This document shows, piece by piece, positions 1 through 9,651 of a stretch of 60,832 nucleotides of DNA. This stretch comes from an uncultured bacterium. Its GTDB lineage: Bacteria; Bacteroidota; Bacteroidia; Flavobacteriales; Flavobacteriaceae. A model generated the notes under the pieces. The model was given only the letters and a program-made list of their open reading frames with translations, was not told the origin of the DNA and ran no database searches. The first letter of the stretch is position 1; each line of letters begins with the position of its first letter. The stretch lies in the NCBI GenBank assembly GCA_965366055.1, contig CBDUDY010000001.1:1-60832 (forward strand), given 5' to 3'. The position numbers were made by a program, and so were the translations under genes.

Positions 1-664
1 GAATGCTCATTACAGAATAATGAACGTCACCATCATAAGTGAATTCTCTATAAACTTCGTCAGAAATTAAAAACAAATCATGCTTCTTAACGATTTCTGC
101 CAATTGTAAAATCTCTTCTTTAGAATATAAGTAACCTGTTGGATTTCCAGGGTTACAGATTAAAATAGCTTTAGTCTTTGCTGTGATCAACTTCTCAAAC
201 TCTGCAATAGGCGGCAAAGCAAAACCATCATCAATTGTTGAGACAACAGGTACAACCTTTACTCCCGATGCAGTAGAAAATCCGTTGTAATTTGCGTAGA
301 AAGGTTCTGGGATAATAATTTCGTCATCAACATCCATCGTACTTCCCATTGCAAACATAAGAGCTTCTGACCCTCCAGTTGTAATGATAATTTCGGATGC
401 ACTAACATTGATATTCTGCTTTTGGTAGTAAGCTGCTAATTTTGTACGATAACTTTCAAAGCCGGCAGAATGGCTGTACTCAAGTACTTCCATGTCTACA
501 TTTTTTATAGCATCCATTGCAACATCCGGCGTTTTGATATCTGGCTGTCCAATATTTAAATGGTACACTTTATTTCCCTTTTTCTTAGCGATATCGGCGT
601 AGGGAACCAATTTTCGTATTGGTGATTCGGGCATTTGAGAACCCTTGTGAGAAACTTTAGGCAT
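1..664 (-). CDS. PLP-dependent aminotransferase class I/II (aspartate aminotransferase-like), runs off the window edge
   Basis: Manual translation from CAT at 662-664: MPKVSHKGSQMPESPIRKLVPYAD...LNIGQPD...TTGGSEAL...CNPGNPTG...ISDEVYREF; absent from the ORF track because it is truncated. Confidence 0.9.
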   Translation of the reverse strand, partial: MPKVSHKGSQMPESPIRKLVPYADIAKKKGNKVYHLNIGQPDIKTPDVAMDAIKNVDMEVLEYSHSAGFESYRTKLAAYYQKQNINVSASEIIITTGGSEALMFAMGSTMDVDDEIIIPEPFYANYNGFSTASGVKVVPVVSTIDDGFALPPIAEFEKLITAKTKAILICNPGNPTGYLYSKEEILQLAEIVKKHDLFLISDEVYREFTYDGDVHYSVMSI

Positions 665-780
665 GATATTTAATTTTGATATGCAAATTTGCACTATTTT
701 TTAGACTTTTTAGATAGTTTAACTTATCAAATTTTGCTTAAAGTGGCTGACAATTTCTTACTTTTAAGTAATTATTAATT

Positions 781-2100
781 ATGAAATTGAGATTCCTGCT
801 TATAATACTTTTCATTACTCTAAGCCTACAGGCTCAGGATGGATTTCTTATGGACGTAAAAAAAAGCAAGGTTGTAATTCCATTTCAACTTTTAAGTAAT
901 TTGATTTTTGTCAAGATTAATGTAAACGGAACGGATCTTACTTTTCTGCTGGATACTGGCGTTTCAGAAACTGTATTATTTAGTCTTGACGAAAATCAAT
1001 CGTTGACATTTGGAGATGTAGAGAAAATCCAATTAAAAGGTATGGGAAGTCAGGCGCCAATTGATGCAATGCTAGCCAAAAATAATAAATTAAAAACACC
1101 CTACTTTTCTGATGAGAATCATGATATTTTAATTGTTTTGAATCAAGAAGTAAATTTTTCACCCAATGTTGGAATTCCTGTAAATGGAATTCTGGGTGAT
1201 GATTTTTTTCGAAATTACCCTGTAGAAATTGACTATTTGCGGAGGAGAATTATTATTCGAAAAGAAAGTTCTAAGACGATAAAAAGAATGAAGAGGTTTG
1301 AAGGCATTCCAATCGAAATTATTAAAGATAAGCCGTATATCAATATTTTGGTCAAGAGCGGAATGGGAGAAACTTTAGCAAAAGTATTAGTAGACAATGG
1401 CAATAGCGATGCTTTATGGCTCTTTGCAAATAGGACAAAAAACATTAGCATTCCGGCAATAAGTGTTCCTGATTTTTTAGGTAAAGGTTTTAGTGGTGAA
1501 ATTTATGGTGATAAAGCTCGTATCGAATATATGAAAATCGGAAATTTCGAACTTAATAATATTATAACTTCCTTTCCTGATTCGATTTCCACTCAAAATA
1601 TTAACACCACTATTGATAGATTGGGTTCAATAGGCGGGGAGGTACTGCGAAGATTTGATCAGATTTTTGACTATAAAAACAGAATGCTTTATTTAAAACC
1701 TAATAAAAATTATGGGCAAGATTTCATTTATGATAAAAGTGGGATAGAATTACAACACGATGGAATGGAATGGGTAAAGGAACAGGTAGAAGTTCGCAGT
1801 CATCATAAGGGTGAGATGTACGATTCTGCAGGCAAGAATATAACGAACAATTTCACTTATAAATTTGACTTAAAACCAATCTATAAAATTTTTAATGTTA
1901 GAAAATCAAGTTCCGCAGAAGAAGCGGGAATTAAAGTAAACGATCAAATAATTAGCATCAATAACAAGAATGTTCACAAAATGACACTAGATCAGATTAC
2001 AAAACTTCTTGGTGGACCCGATGGTAAGATTATTAAGTTAGAACTTTTGCGACAGGATAAAACTGTAATTATCTCGTTTCGTTTGCGAACTACGTTATAA
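781..2100 (+). CDS. Secreted retropepsin-like aspartyl protease with C-terminal PDZ domain
   Basis: Signal peptide; LLDTG and LVDNG aspartyl-protease motifs; C-terminal SSAEEAGIKVNDQIISIN PDZ signature. Confidence 0.85.
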   Translation: MKLRFLLIILFITLSLQAQDGFLMDVKKSKVVIPFQLLSNLIFVKINVNGTDLTFLLDTGVSETVLFSLDENQSLTFGDVEKIQLKGMGSQAPIDAMLAKNNKLKTPYFSDENHDILIVLNQEVNFSPNVGIPVNGILGDDFFRNYPVEIDYLRRRIIIRKESSKTIKRMKRFEGIPIEIIKDKPYINILVKSGMGETLAKVLVDNGNSDALWLFANRTKNISIPAISVPDFLGKGFSGEIYGDKARIEYMKIGNFELNNIITSFPDSISTQNINTTIDRLGSIGGEVLRRFDQIFDYKNRMLYLKPNKNYGQDFIYDKSGIELQHDGMEWVKEQVEVRSHHKGEMYDSAGKNITNNFTYKFDLKPIYKIFNVRKSSSAEEAGIKVNDQIISINNKNVHKMTLDQITKLLGGPDGKIIKLELLRQDKTVIISFRLRTTL

Positions 2101-2103
2101 AAA

Positions 2104-2130
2104 AAATGCCTTTCGGAATGAAAGGCATTT
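2104..2130. terminator. Bidirectional intrinsic terminator
   Basis: AAATGCCTTTC-ggaat-GAAAGGCATTT between convergent genes. Confidence 0.8.
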
Positions 2131-2139
2131 GATTACTTG

Positions 2140-2571
2140 TTATTTGCTCATTATGGTTTTTTTCTTTTCCATAACGTTAACTTCTGTTTTAACTATTACT
2201 TCTCCTTTTATTTTCAAAGGAACTCTTCCACCATCATAATTAACCGCATTAGATTCTACAGTAATTGTTTTTCTGATCGGACCTGGAGCCATGTTGTATT
2301 TTACTTCAATTTTTCCTGTTTTTCCAGGCATAATTGGAGCGTCTGGCTTTGAAGGTACTGTACATCCGCAAGTTGATTGAACATTTGTAATGATTAAGGG
2401 TGCATTTCCAGTATTTGTAAATTCAAATGAACGCACTCCGTTGTCAGAATCTTTAGATACTTTTCCGTAATCGATTGTGTTGTCGCTGTCCTTAAACTCA
2501 ATTTTTGCTCCTGATTGGGCAAAGGTTACAGAACTAAATGCAATTGCTGCGATAAGTAAAAATTTTTTCAT
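2140..2571 (-). CDS. DUF1573 domain-containing exported protein
   Basis: Signal peptide; FEFTNTGNAPLIITNVQSTCGCTVP motif. Confidence 0.9.
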   Translation of the reverse strand: MKKFLLIAAIAFSSVTFAQSGAKIEFKDSDNTIDYGKVSKDSDNGVRSFEFTNTGNAPLIITNVQSTCGCTVPSKPDAPIMPGKTGKIEVKYNMAPGPIRKTITVESNAVNYDGGRVPLKIKGEVIVKTEVNVMEKKKTIMSK

Positions 2572-2732
2572 CTTTGTTATTTTTATAATTTGTAGGTAAA
2601 ATTCAAATTTAATTGACTTTTGCGGTTAATACAAATATATCATTGTTATTTTTGTATCCTGCACTATTTAATTAATTTTGTGTCTGCAATAAGTAGACCA
2701 AATTTTTTGGCAACCTTTATAAACAAGCTCAC

Positions 2733-5366
2733 ATGAACATTCCCGCACAATTCGATGCAAAAAATATCGAAGACAAATGGTATTCTTACTGGATGGAAAA
2801 CAACTATTTTCACTCTGAACCTGATCATCGAACTCCTTATACAATTGTAATTCCGCCGCCAAATGTGACTGGTGTGCTTCACATGGGGCATATGTTGAAC
2901 AATACAATTCAGGATGTATTGATTAGGCGTGCCAGACTCAAAGGATTTAACGCCTGCTGGGTACCAGGAACCGACCACGCGTCTATTGCGACAGAAGCAA
3001 AAGTAGTGGCGAAACTTAAAGAAGAAGGAATAGATAAAAATGACCTGACCCGCGAAGAATTTCTGAAACACGCTTGGGAATGGACAGACAAATACGGTGG
3101 CGTTATATTGGAGCAGCTAAAAAAATTAGGCGCTTCTTGTGATTGGGAAAGAACCAAATTTACAATGGATCCTGATATGTCGGCGGCAGTTATAGAATCA
3201 TTTGTAGATTTATACAACAAAGGATTAATTTATCGTGGGTACCGAATGGTAAACTGGGATCCTGAAGCACGCACCACAGTATCTGACGAAGAGGTAATTT
3301 TTGAAGAACAGCAAGGAAATTTATTCTACATTAAATATCAGATTGAAGGTACTTCTGAAACTCTAACAGTTGCAACTACAAGACCTGAAACTATTTTTGG
3401 TGATACAGCCATTTGTATAAATCCAGATGATGAGAGATTTATCGAGCTTAAAGGGAAAAGAGCAATTGTACCTATTTCAGGAAGAAGTATTCCTATAATA
3501 GAAGACGAATATGTCGATATAGAGTTTGGAACTGGCTGTTTAAAGGTAACTCCTGCTCACGATATGAATGACAAGACTTTGGGCGAGAAGCACAATCTTG
3601 AAATTATAGATATTCTAAATGAAGATGCAACTCTTAATAGTTATGGGCTACATTATGAAGGAAAAGATCGTTTTGTAGTTCGAAAAGAAATTGCAAAAGA
3701 ACTTGAAGAACTGGGATCGCTTGCAAAAACGGAATCTCATATTAATAAAGTCGGGACATCAGAAAGAACAAAGGCGGTTATCGAACCACGCTTATCAGAG
3801 CAATGGTTTCTAAAAATGGACGAACTTGTAAAACCGGCAATTAAAGCGGTACTTGAAGATGACGAAATAAAATTGCATCCTGCAAAATTTGAAAATACAT
3901 ACCGTCATTGGTTGACAAATATTCGTGATTGGAATATTTCACGTCAATTATGGTGGGGACAGCAAATTCCTGCATACTATTATGGAGACGGAAAAGAGCA
4001 GTTTGTAGTTGCCAAAACAAGCGAGCAAGCATTAGAAATGGTTTGGAAACTTGATGGTTTTCAAGACTTTAAAGCTGAAAATTTGCGTCAAGACAAAGAT
4101 GCTCTAGATACTTGGTTTTCTTCTTGGTTGTGGCCAATGTCAGTCTTTGACGGAATCGTAAATCCTGATAATGAAGAATTTAAATATTATTATCCTACGA
4201 ATGATCTTGTAACGGGTCCGGATATATTATTTTTCTGGGTAGCTAGAATGATTATTGCCGGTTATGAATATACTGGGAAAAAACCTTTTACAAACGTTTA
4301 TCTTACCGGACTTGTTCGTGATAAACAACGCCGAAAGATGTCAAAATCTTTAGGAAATTCTCCAGATCCATTAGATTTAATCGAGAAGTTTGGCGCTGAT
4401 GGAGTACGAGTTGGATTACTACTTAGTGCTTCTGCTGGAAATGATATTATGTTTGACGAAGAGCTTTGCAATCAAGGAAAAGCTTTTTCGAATAAAATTT
4501 GGAATGCTTTCAGACTAATAAAAGGCTGGGAAGTAAGCGACAAAATTTCACAACCTGAATCTTCTAAAGTTGGTATCGAATGGTATCAAGCCAAAATGAA
4601 TCAGACCTTGGTAGAAATTGAAGATCACTTCGAAAAATATCGTATTTCTGATGCATTAATGTCTATTTACAAGTTAGTATGGGATGATTTCTGCTCGTGG
4701 TTTTTGGAAATTATCAAACCGGGCTATCAGCAGCCAATAGATCGCAAAACTTTTGATGCGGCAATAGCTTTGATGGAAGACAACTTGAAATTGCTTCATC
4801 CATTTATGCCTTTTCTTACAGAAGAAATTTGGCATTTGATAAAGGAAAGAACTTCAGAGGAGGCGCTAATCATTTCGACTTGGCCAGTAGCAAAGGAATT
4901 TGACTCTAAAATTATTTCTGATTTCGAAAATACTATGGAGGTGGTTTCGGCAATTAGAACAATTAGAAAAGAAAAAAACATCGCTTTTAAAGACGCAATT
5001 GTCGTAAAAGTTATGAATAACAGTAATTCGGATACTAATTTTGATAGCGTAATTACTAAACTTGGAAACATCTCTGAGTATGATTATATCACAGAAAAAG
5101 TAGAAGGAGCTTTAACTTTTAGAGTTCAGGCAAATGAATACTTCATTCCAGTTTCGGGTGCGATAAATGTTGAAGAAGAAATCATTAAACTTAGCGAAGA
5201 GTTAAAATACACGAAAGGATTCTTAATGTCAGTTCAGAAAAAATTATCAAACGAACGCTTTGTAGCGGGAGCGCCGCAAAATGTCTTAGACATTGAGCGC
5301 AAAAAAGAAGCAGACGCATTATCAAAAATTGCAACAATAGAGCAGTCTTTGGCAAACTTAAAATAG
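2733..5366 (+). CDS. valS: Valine--tRNA ligase
   Basis: PPPNVTGVLHMGH (HIGH), KMSKS, DWNISRQLWWG, C-terminal coiled coil. Confidence 0.99.
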   Translation: MNIPAQFDAKNIEDKWYSYWMENNYFHSEPDHRTPYTIVIPPPNVTGVLHMGHMLNNTIQDVLIRRARLKGFNACWVPGTDHASIATEAKVVAKLKEEGIDKNDLTREEFLKHAWEWTDKYGGVILEQLKKLGASCDWERTKFTMDPDMSAAVIESFVDLYNKGLIYRGYRMVNWDPEARTTVSDEEVIFEEQQGNLFYIKYQIEGTSETLTVATTRPETIFGDTAICINPDDERFIELKGKRAIVPISGRSIPIIEDEYVDIEFGTGCLKVTPAHDMNDKTLGEKHNLEIIDILNEDATLNSYGLHYEGKDRFVVRKEIAKELEELGSLAKTESHINKVGTSERTKAVIEPRLSEQWFLKMDELVKPAIKAVLEDDEIKLHPAKFENTYRHWLTNIRDWNISRQLWWGQQIPAYYYGDGKEQFVVAKTSEQALEMVWKLDGFQDFKAENLRQDKDALDTWFSSWLWPMSVFDGIVNPDNEEFKYYYPTNDLVTGPDILFFWVARMIIAGYEYTGKKPFTNVYLTGLVRDKQRRKMSKSLGNSPDPLDLIEKFGADGVRVGLLLSASAGNDIMFDEELCNQGKAFSNKIWNAFRLIKGWEVSDKISQPESSKVGIEWYQAKMNQTLVEIEDHFEKYRISDALMSIYKLVWDDFCSWFLEIIKPGYQQPIDRKTFDAAIALMEDNLKLLHPFMPFLTEEIWHLIKERTSEEALIISTWPVAKEFDSKIISDFENTMEVVSAIRTIRKEKNIAFKDAIVVKVMNNSNSDTNFDSVITKLGNISEYDYITEKVEGALTFRVQANEYFIPVSGAINVEEEIIKLSEELKYTKGFLMSVQKKLSNERFVAGAPQNVLDIERKKEADALSKIATIEQSLANLK

Positions 5367-5386
5367 AGTTATTATTTTATAGGCAT

Positions 5387-5423
5387 AAAAAAACCTGTAC
5401 TTTAAGTAGTACAGGTTTTTTTT
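5387..5423. terminator. Bidirectional intrinsic terminator
   Basis: A7-CCTGTACT...AGTACAGG-T8 between convergent valS and sod. Confidence 0.85.
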
Positions 5424-5429
5424 ATTCAT

Positions 5430-6197
5430 CTATAATCCGATAGCAGTATTATATCTTTCGGAAATCTTAACCCAATTTATAGCGTCAAAATAGGTGTCGA
5501 TATATTTTTTTCGTTTGACGTTGAAATGCAAATAGTATGCATGTTCCCACATATCAATTGGTAGTAAAGGTGTTCCTCTAATGATTGATTGCGGCATTAA
5601 CGGGTTATCTTGATTGGCAGTTGTTGCGATCTGTAAAACACCTGCTTTGTCTATTATGAGCCATGCCCAGCCAGACCCAAAAACTTTTTGAGCAGCAGTA
5701 GAAAATAAAGAACGGAAATTTTCAAAACTTCCAAAATCTCTTTTTATAGCTTCGGCAAGAGCCGCATTGGGTTGTCCGCCGTCTTTAGGAGTTATGGACT
5801 CAAAATATAATGTATGATTGTAATAACCACCAGCATTTTCGCGCAAAGCGATATTATTCATATCAAGTGACGAGATGATTTCTTCGATTCTAAATTTTTC
5901 AATTGGAGTACCTTTCAGTACTTTATTTAAATGGTTTGCGTAAGAAAGATAATGTTTGGAATAATGCAATTCCATCGTTGCAGCATCAAGCTCAGGTTCA
6001 AATGCATTGTAACTGTAAGGAAGTTGAGCCAATTGAAACGATCCAATTTCGGCCTTAACATCGTCAGGATTTCCTAATTTATTTTTCTCAGGAGCTGAAG
6101 GAAGTGGAACTTGTACTTCAATTAATTTTTTTTCCTCGCATGAACTTAACAATAGTATCAAACTTAAAAATAAAATAAGGTGCTTGACCATTTTCAT
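5430..6197 (-). CDS. Fe/Mn superoxide dismutase with lipoprotein signal peptide
   Basis: HYSKH, NHTLYF, FGSGWAWL, DMWEHAYY motifs; N-terminal LLLSSC lipobox. Confidence 0.92.
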   Translation of the reverse strand: MKMVKHLILFLSLILLLSSCEEKKLIEVQVPLPSAPEKNKLGNPDDVKAEIGSFQLAQLPYSYNAFEPELDAATMELHYSKHYLSYANHLNKVLKGTPIEKFRIEEIISSLDMNNIALRENAGGYYNHTLYFESITPKDGGQPNAALAEAIKRDFGSFENFRSLFSTAAQKVFGSGWAWLIIDKAGVLQIATTANQDNPLMPQSIIRGTPLLPIDMWEHAYYLHFNVKRKKYIDTYFDAINWVKISERYNTAIGL

Positions 6198-6201
6198 AAA
6201 T

Positions 6202-6474
6202 TTACTTTTCTCCGATTATTGAATTTATTGTTTCGATATACAATTCCTTAGCTTCGCGAATTGAAATATGACTGATTTGCATCCATGCATTTGTCTTAAA
6301 GGCGTTGCGAAGATCAAAATCTGTGGACATTTTAGGAATGGAAGTGCCAAATGACGCCTGCTTAAAATAAGCATATAGCCTCAACTGCACATCCTGCGGC
6401 AATGACGCCTGCGATAAATTCATTGCATGGTCTACCGCTTTGCAAAATTCTATGTCTACTTCTTGATCAGTCAT
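6202..6474 (-). CDS. Acyl-CoA-binding protein (ACBP)
   Basis: LRLYAYFKQASFG...FKTNAW...EAKELYI matches the ACBP pattern. Confidence 0.85.
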   Translation of the reverse strand: MTDQEVDIEFCKAVDHAMNLSQASLPQDVQLRLYAYFKQASFGTSIPKMSTDFDLRNAFKTNAWMQISHISIREAKELYIETINSIIGEK

Positions 6475-7127
6475 TACATTTTTGTGGCAATGATAGTTTT
6501 ACCACCAATTGCTTTTTGATTCAAAACCACATTAATTTCTGTTCCAAGTGGCAAATATAAATCCACTCTCGAACCAAATTTGATAAAGCCAGCATCCGTC
6601 CCTTGAATTACTTGCATATCTTCTTTTGCGTAATTTACAATTCTTTTTGCAAGCGCGCCTGCAATCTGTCTATAAAGTACATCTCCAAAGTTTTCATTAT
6701 TCACAACAATTGTAGTACGTTCATTCTCCGTACTTGATTTAGGATGCCATGCTACAAGAAATTTCCCAGGATGGTATTTACTAAAAACTACTTTTCCACT
6801 CATCGGATAGCGAGTCACGTGCACGTTTATCGGAGACATAAAAACAGAAACCTGCAATCTTTTGTCTTTGAAATATTCTGCTTCATAAACTTCTTCAATC
6901 ACTACAACTTTACCATCAACTGGCGAAATTATGTGACCGTCGTCAATAGCTACACTTCTTTTTGGATTTCTGAAAAATTGTAAAATGATAATTAGAAATA
7001 ATAAAGATGCTACTTGAATAGTTTTCAATAACCAGTAATTGGTTATGAATTTATCTGAAAGTAGCAATACTGCAACTAATATAGTTGTAGAAATTAAAAT
7101 AATTCGAGATCCTTCTTTATGAAACAT
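6474..7127 (-). CDS. psd: Phosphatidylserine decarboxylase proenzyme
   Basis: FFRNP, SPVDGKV, FMSPINVH, KFGSRVD autocleavage motif. Confidence 0.95.
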   Translation of the reverse strand: MFHKEGSRIILISTTILVAVLLLSDKFITNYWLLKTIQVASLLFLIIILQFFRNPKRSVAIDDGHIISPVDGKVVVIEEVYEAEYFKDKRLQVSVFMSPINVHVTRYPMSGKVVFSKYHPGKFLVAWHPKSSTENERTTIVVNNENFGDVLYRQIAGALAKRIVNYAKEDMQVIQGTDAGFIKFGSRVDLYLPLGTEINVVLNQKAIGGKTIIATKM

Positions 7128-7204
7128 AATGATATTAATTGTGTTACACGCACCGAAAACATTGTCAGTTTTCTAGTCGTTTATAATAGCGATTGTTGTG
7201 GGAT

Positions 7205-7462
7205 TTATTTTTTTCGGATTAAATAACTATCACCCATTTTTTTAATATCAATGATGTCATTCCCTTTCTTTTTATACTTATTTGCATAATAAGTTTGTAA
7301 CGGAGTTTTCATAATTTCTTTAAAAGAGTCAATAGTAACTAAAAACCCTTCACCACTTTTTAATTTTTCTATAGTTGATCCGTAAATAATCTCTTTGGAA
7401 GGACTTGGTTTAGTTAATAATGCGTCAATTTCTTTTTTTGATAAAATTTTGATATTTGTCAT
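7205..7462 (-). CDS. Small basic hypothetical protein (85 aa)
   Basis: Lys-rich ORF with ATG and an upstream TATATTTA -7-like element; no family recognised. Confidence 0.6.
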   Translation of the reverse strand: MTNIKILSKKEIDALLTKPSPSKEIIYGSTIEKLKSGEGFLVTIDSFKEIMKTPLQTYYANKYKKKGNDIIDIKKMGDSYLIRKK

Positions 7463-7577
7463 AATATATATGTTTTAATTAATAACTATTTTTATGGGTG
7501 TAAATATAAATAATAATACGCACTTTAAATCATTTATAATTATCGATATTACTTAGTATAAAGACATTTAATACTTT

Positions 7578-7733
7578 TTGTGGCTTTACGGATTATTGCA
7601 GAAAATTGGGATGGCATTTTTCTGAGCGCAATACCGTCTCCAAAACGTTTTCGTAAAAGTTGAAACTTTTGTGAGGCAGGTATTGATGTCCTTTCCCAAT
7701 CTTTATTGTTGTTTTTCCTCCGTAAAGCCACAA
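7578..7733. other. Structured non-coding element closed by a perfect 15-bp inverted repeat
   Basis: TTGTGGCTTTACGGA (7578-7592) / TCCGTAAAGCCACAA (7719-7733), with internal hairpins. Confidence 0.6.
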
Positions 7734-8124
7734 TAAACGGTTTGTATCGTCATTAGGCTTTGCTCTGTTTCACTACCATCTCTCTCGTAAAAGTTCCCTT
7801 GTACCAAGATTTTTATTAATAAGTAAACCAAATCAATTAGGAATATCTGGACTTTCAAAGTAAATATTTTTTAAACTGTAATAAATTCTAAGATATCATA
7901 TCTTAAGAAATAATAGTAAAATGATTATTAAATTATAAATAAAGCAAGAGCTTTTTACGGAATAAAGTAGAAATCAGGTAAGAAAAATGACAGGAAAAAA
8001 GTCGGTATCAAATATGTGAAAAAAATATAATCTCAAGTAATTTAAAAGGGCATGTATTTATCAAAATCTCAAATAAGTTCTTTGTTTTATTTATAAATAG
8101 CTACGAAATGAATTTTACTTGTAT

Positions 8125-8934
8125 TTAGAAATATGGAATGTATTTTATAATCTGATAAAATAAAAACACAAATGGAGCAGCAAAAATAAGACTATCTAAT
8201 CTATCTAAAATTCCACCATGTCCTGGCATAATAGACCCGCTGTCTTTTACTTTTGCAATTCGTTTTAATCGAGATTCGATTAGATCACCTATTGTTCCAA
8301 AAACTGAAACGATCACAGCTATAATTACCCAAATAATGAATGGTTGAGCAATAAAGTATTGTGATAATAGAAGACCGCCGATCATTGCAAATCCTAAACC
8401 ACCGATAAATCCTTCGATTGTTTTCTTTGGTGATATGGCTTCAAATAATTTATTTTTTCCAATAGTTTTACCAACAATATAAGCGAATGTATCGTTAATC
8501 CAGATTAATATAAAAATCGAAATTATAATTTTTGGATTGTAAAAATCTTGCTCAAAAGGAATTTGTGCGATAATTATAAAAGGAAGAATGATATAATTCA
8601 CTACTGATCGAAGCTTTTGCTGTTCGTCCATTTCTTCCATGTCATTCTTAAAGAGAAGGATCATTGAAATTACAGCAAAGTATAATGCAGGAATTAAAAG
8701 CAATATCGAAGTAATAGAGTCTTTGCCCAATACAGCAAATAAGGAGTAGAGTACCGTCGCAGTAAATAGTGGTAGTCCTGGTTTTATTCGAATCAATTTG
8801 CAGTATTCGTAAATGCTTATGAGCATCAAAATTCCAAATAAAATTTGAAACGTGTACGAAGAATAAACTGTCGCTCCAACTAGAAGTACGATGTAAACAA
8901 TACCTGAAGCGGTTCTGATGAGTGTTTCGCGCAT
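8125..8934 (-). CDS. cdsA: Phosphatidate cytidylyltransferase
   Basis: NDTFAY, ISPKKTIEG, GDLIES, KDSGSIMPGHGGILDRLDS. Confidence 0.97.
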   Translation of the reverse strand: MRETLIRTASGIVYIVLLVGATVYSSYTFQILFGILMLISIYEYCKLIRIKPGLPLFTATVLYSLFAVLGKDSITSILLLIPALYFAVISMILLFKNDMEEMDEQQKLRSVVNYIILPFIIIAQIPFEQDFYNPKIIISIFILIWINDTFAYIVGKTIGKNKLFEAISPKKTIEGFIGGLGFAMIGGLLLSQYFIAQPFIIWVIIAVIVSVFGTIGDLIESRLKRIAKVKDSGSIMPGHGGILDRLDSLIFAAPFVFLFYQIIKYIPYF

Positions 8935-8935
8935 A

Positions 8936-9538
8936 TTAGAGATCTTCTAAAAGCAGTAAGTAGAGATTCTTCGGCGTACTTCCGTACTGAAGAAAATCTT
9001 CCTCTTTTGCTTTGTCAAAGTACTTTATAGTAGTGATATTTGTAGGATAATCTTTTTCGTATTTTCTTTTAATCAAACGCAGTCCATCACTAGTACTTTC
9101 AATAATCTGACTAGTTGTTGCCAGAATAACAATATTAGCAGGCAATTGATTTGGCTTATTTTGTTTAAGCTGATTTGAAGATAGAAAAACCGATCCTTCG
9201 TCGGCAATTAGATTTTCGCACGAAGCAAATAAAAATATTGGATTTTTCGCCTGAGTATATTCTAATTTGTTTTCGTCCAGAAGGCTGTGAAGTTTTGGTT
9301 CAAAACACATAACCTGCGATTCGAACCAGTCATTTTCCTCCAAAATATTTTCAAATTGCTCTTTAACTTCATCCAAATTTTCGCAGTAAATAAATTTACC
9401 GCCATTTTTCTTGAAATTCAACATAAAACGTTCATCAACTGGCGCTTTTGGAGCATCATGCTGACTATTGTAAATGTTCTCTGTTTCTTCCTCAGATTTA
9501 GAATCAGTTACGCCAAATAATTTTTTGAAAAGACTCAT
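8936..9538 (-). CDS. LUD (LutC-like) domain protein
   Basis: Likely start MSLFKKLFG at 9538; FKKNGGKFIYCEN, CENLIADEGS, C-terminal LYLLLLEDL; lies between ftsH and cdsA. Confidence 0.75.
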   Translation of the reverse strand: MSLFKKLFGVTDSKSEEETENIYNSQHDAPKAPVDERFMLNFKKNGGKFIYCENLDEVKEQFENILEENDWFESQVMCFEPKLHSLLDENKLEYTQAKNPIFLFASCENLIADEGSVFLSSNQLKQNKPNQLPANIVILATTSQIIESTSDGLRLIKRKYEKDYPTNITTIKYFDKAKEEDFLQYGSTPKNLYLLLLEDL

Positions 9539-9586
9539 AATAGGCATTTTCGTTTGTTTATGATTTGAAAACATTCAAAGATAAAA

Positions 9587-9625
9587 AAATCTTAATTCAA
9601 AAGAGTTTTTTTTGAATTAAGATTT
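9587..9625 (-). terminator. Intrinsic terminator downstream of ftsH
   Basis: AAATCTTAATTCAAAA...TTTTGAATTAAGATTT inverted repeat with a flanking A-tract. Confidence 0.65.
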
Positions 9626-9651
9626 CCTTCTCTAAATATTATAGATTTTTT

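Noticed and set aside
7549..7731. 60-aa minus-strand ORF
   Set aside because: Coincides with the inverted-repeat element, starts inside the stem and has no recognisable features
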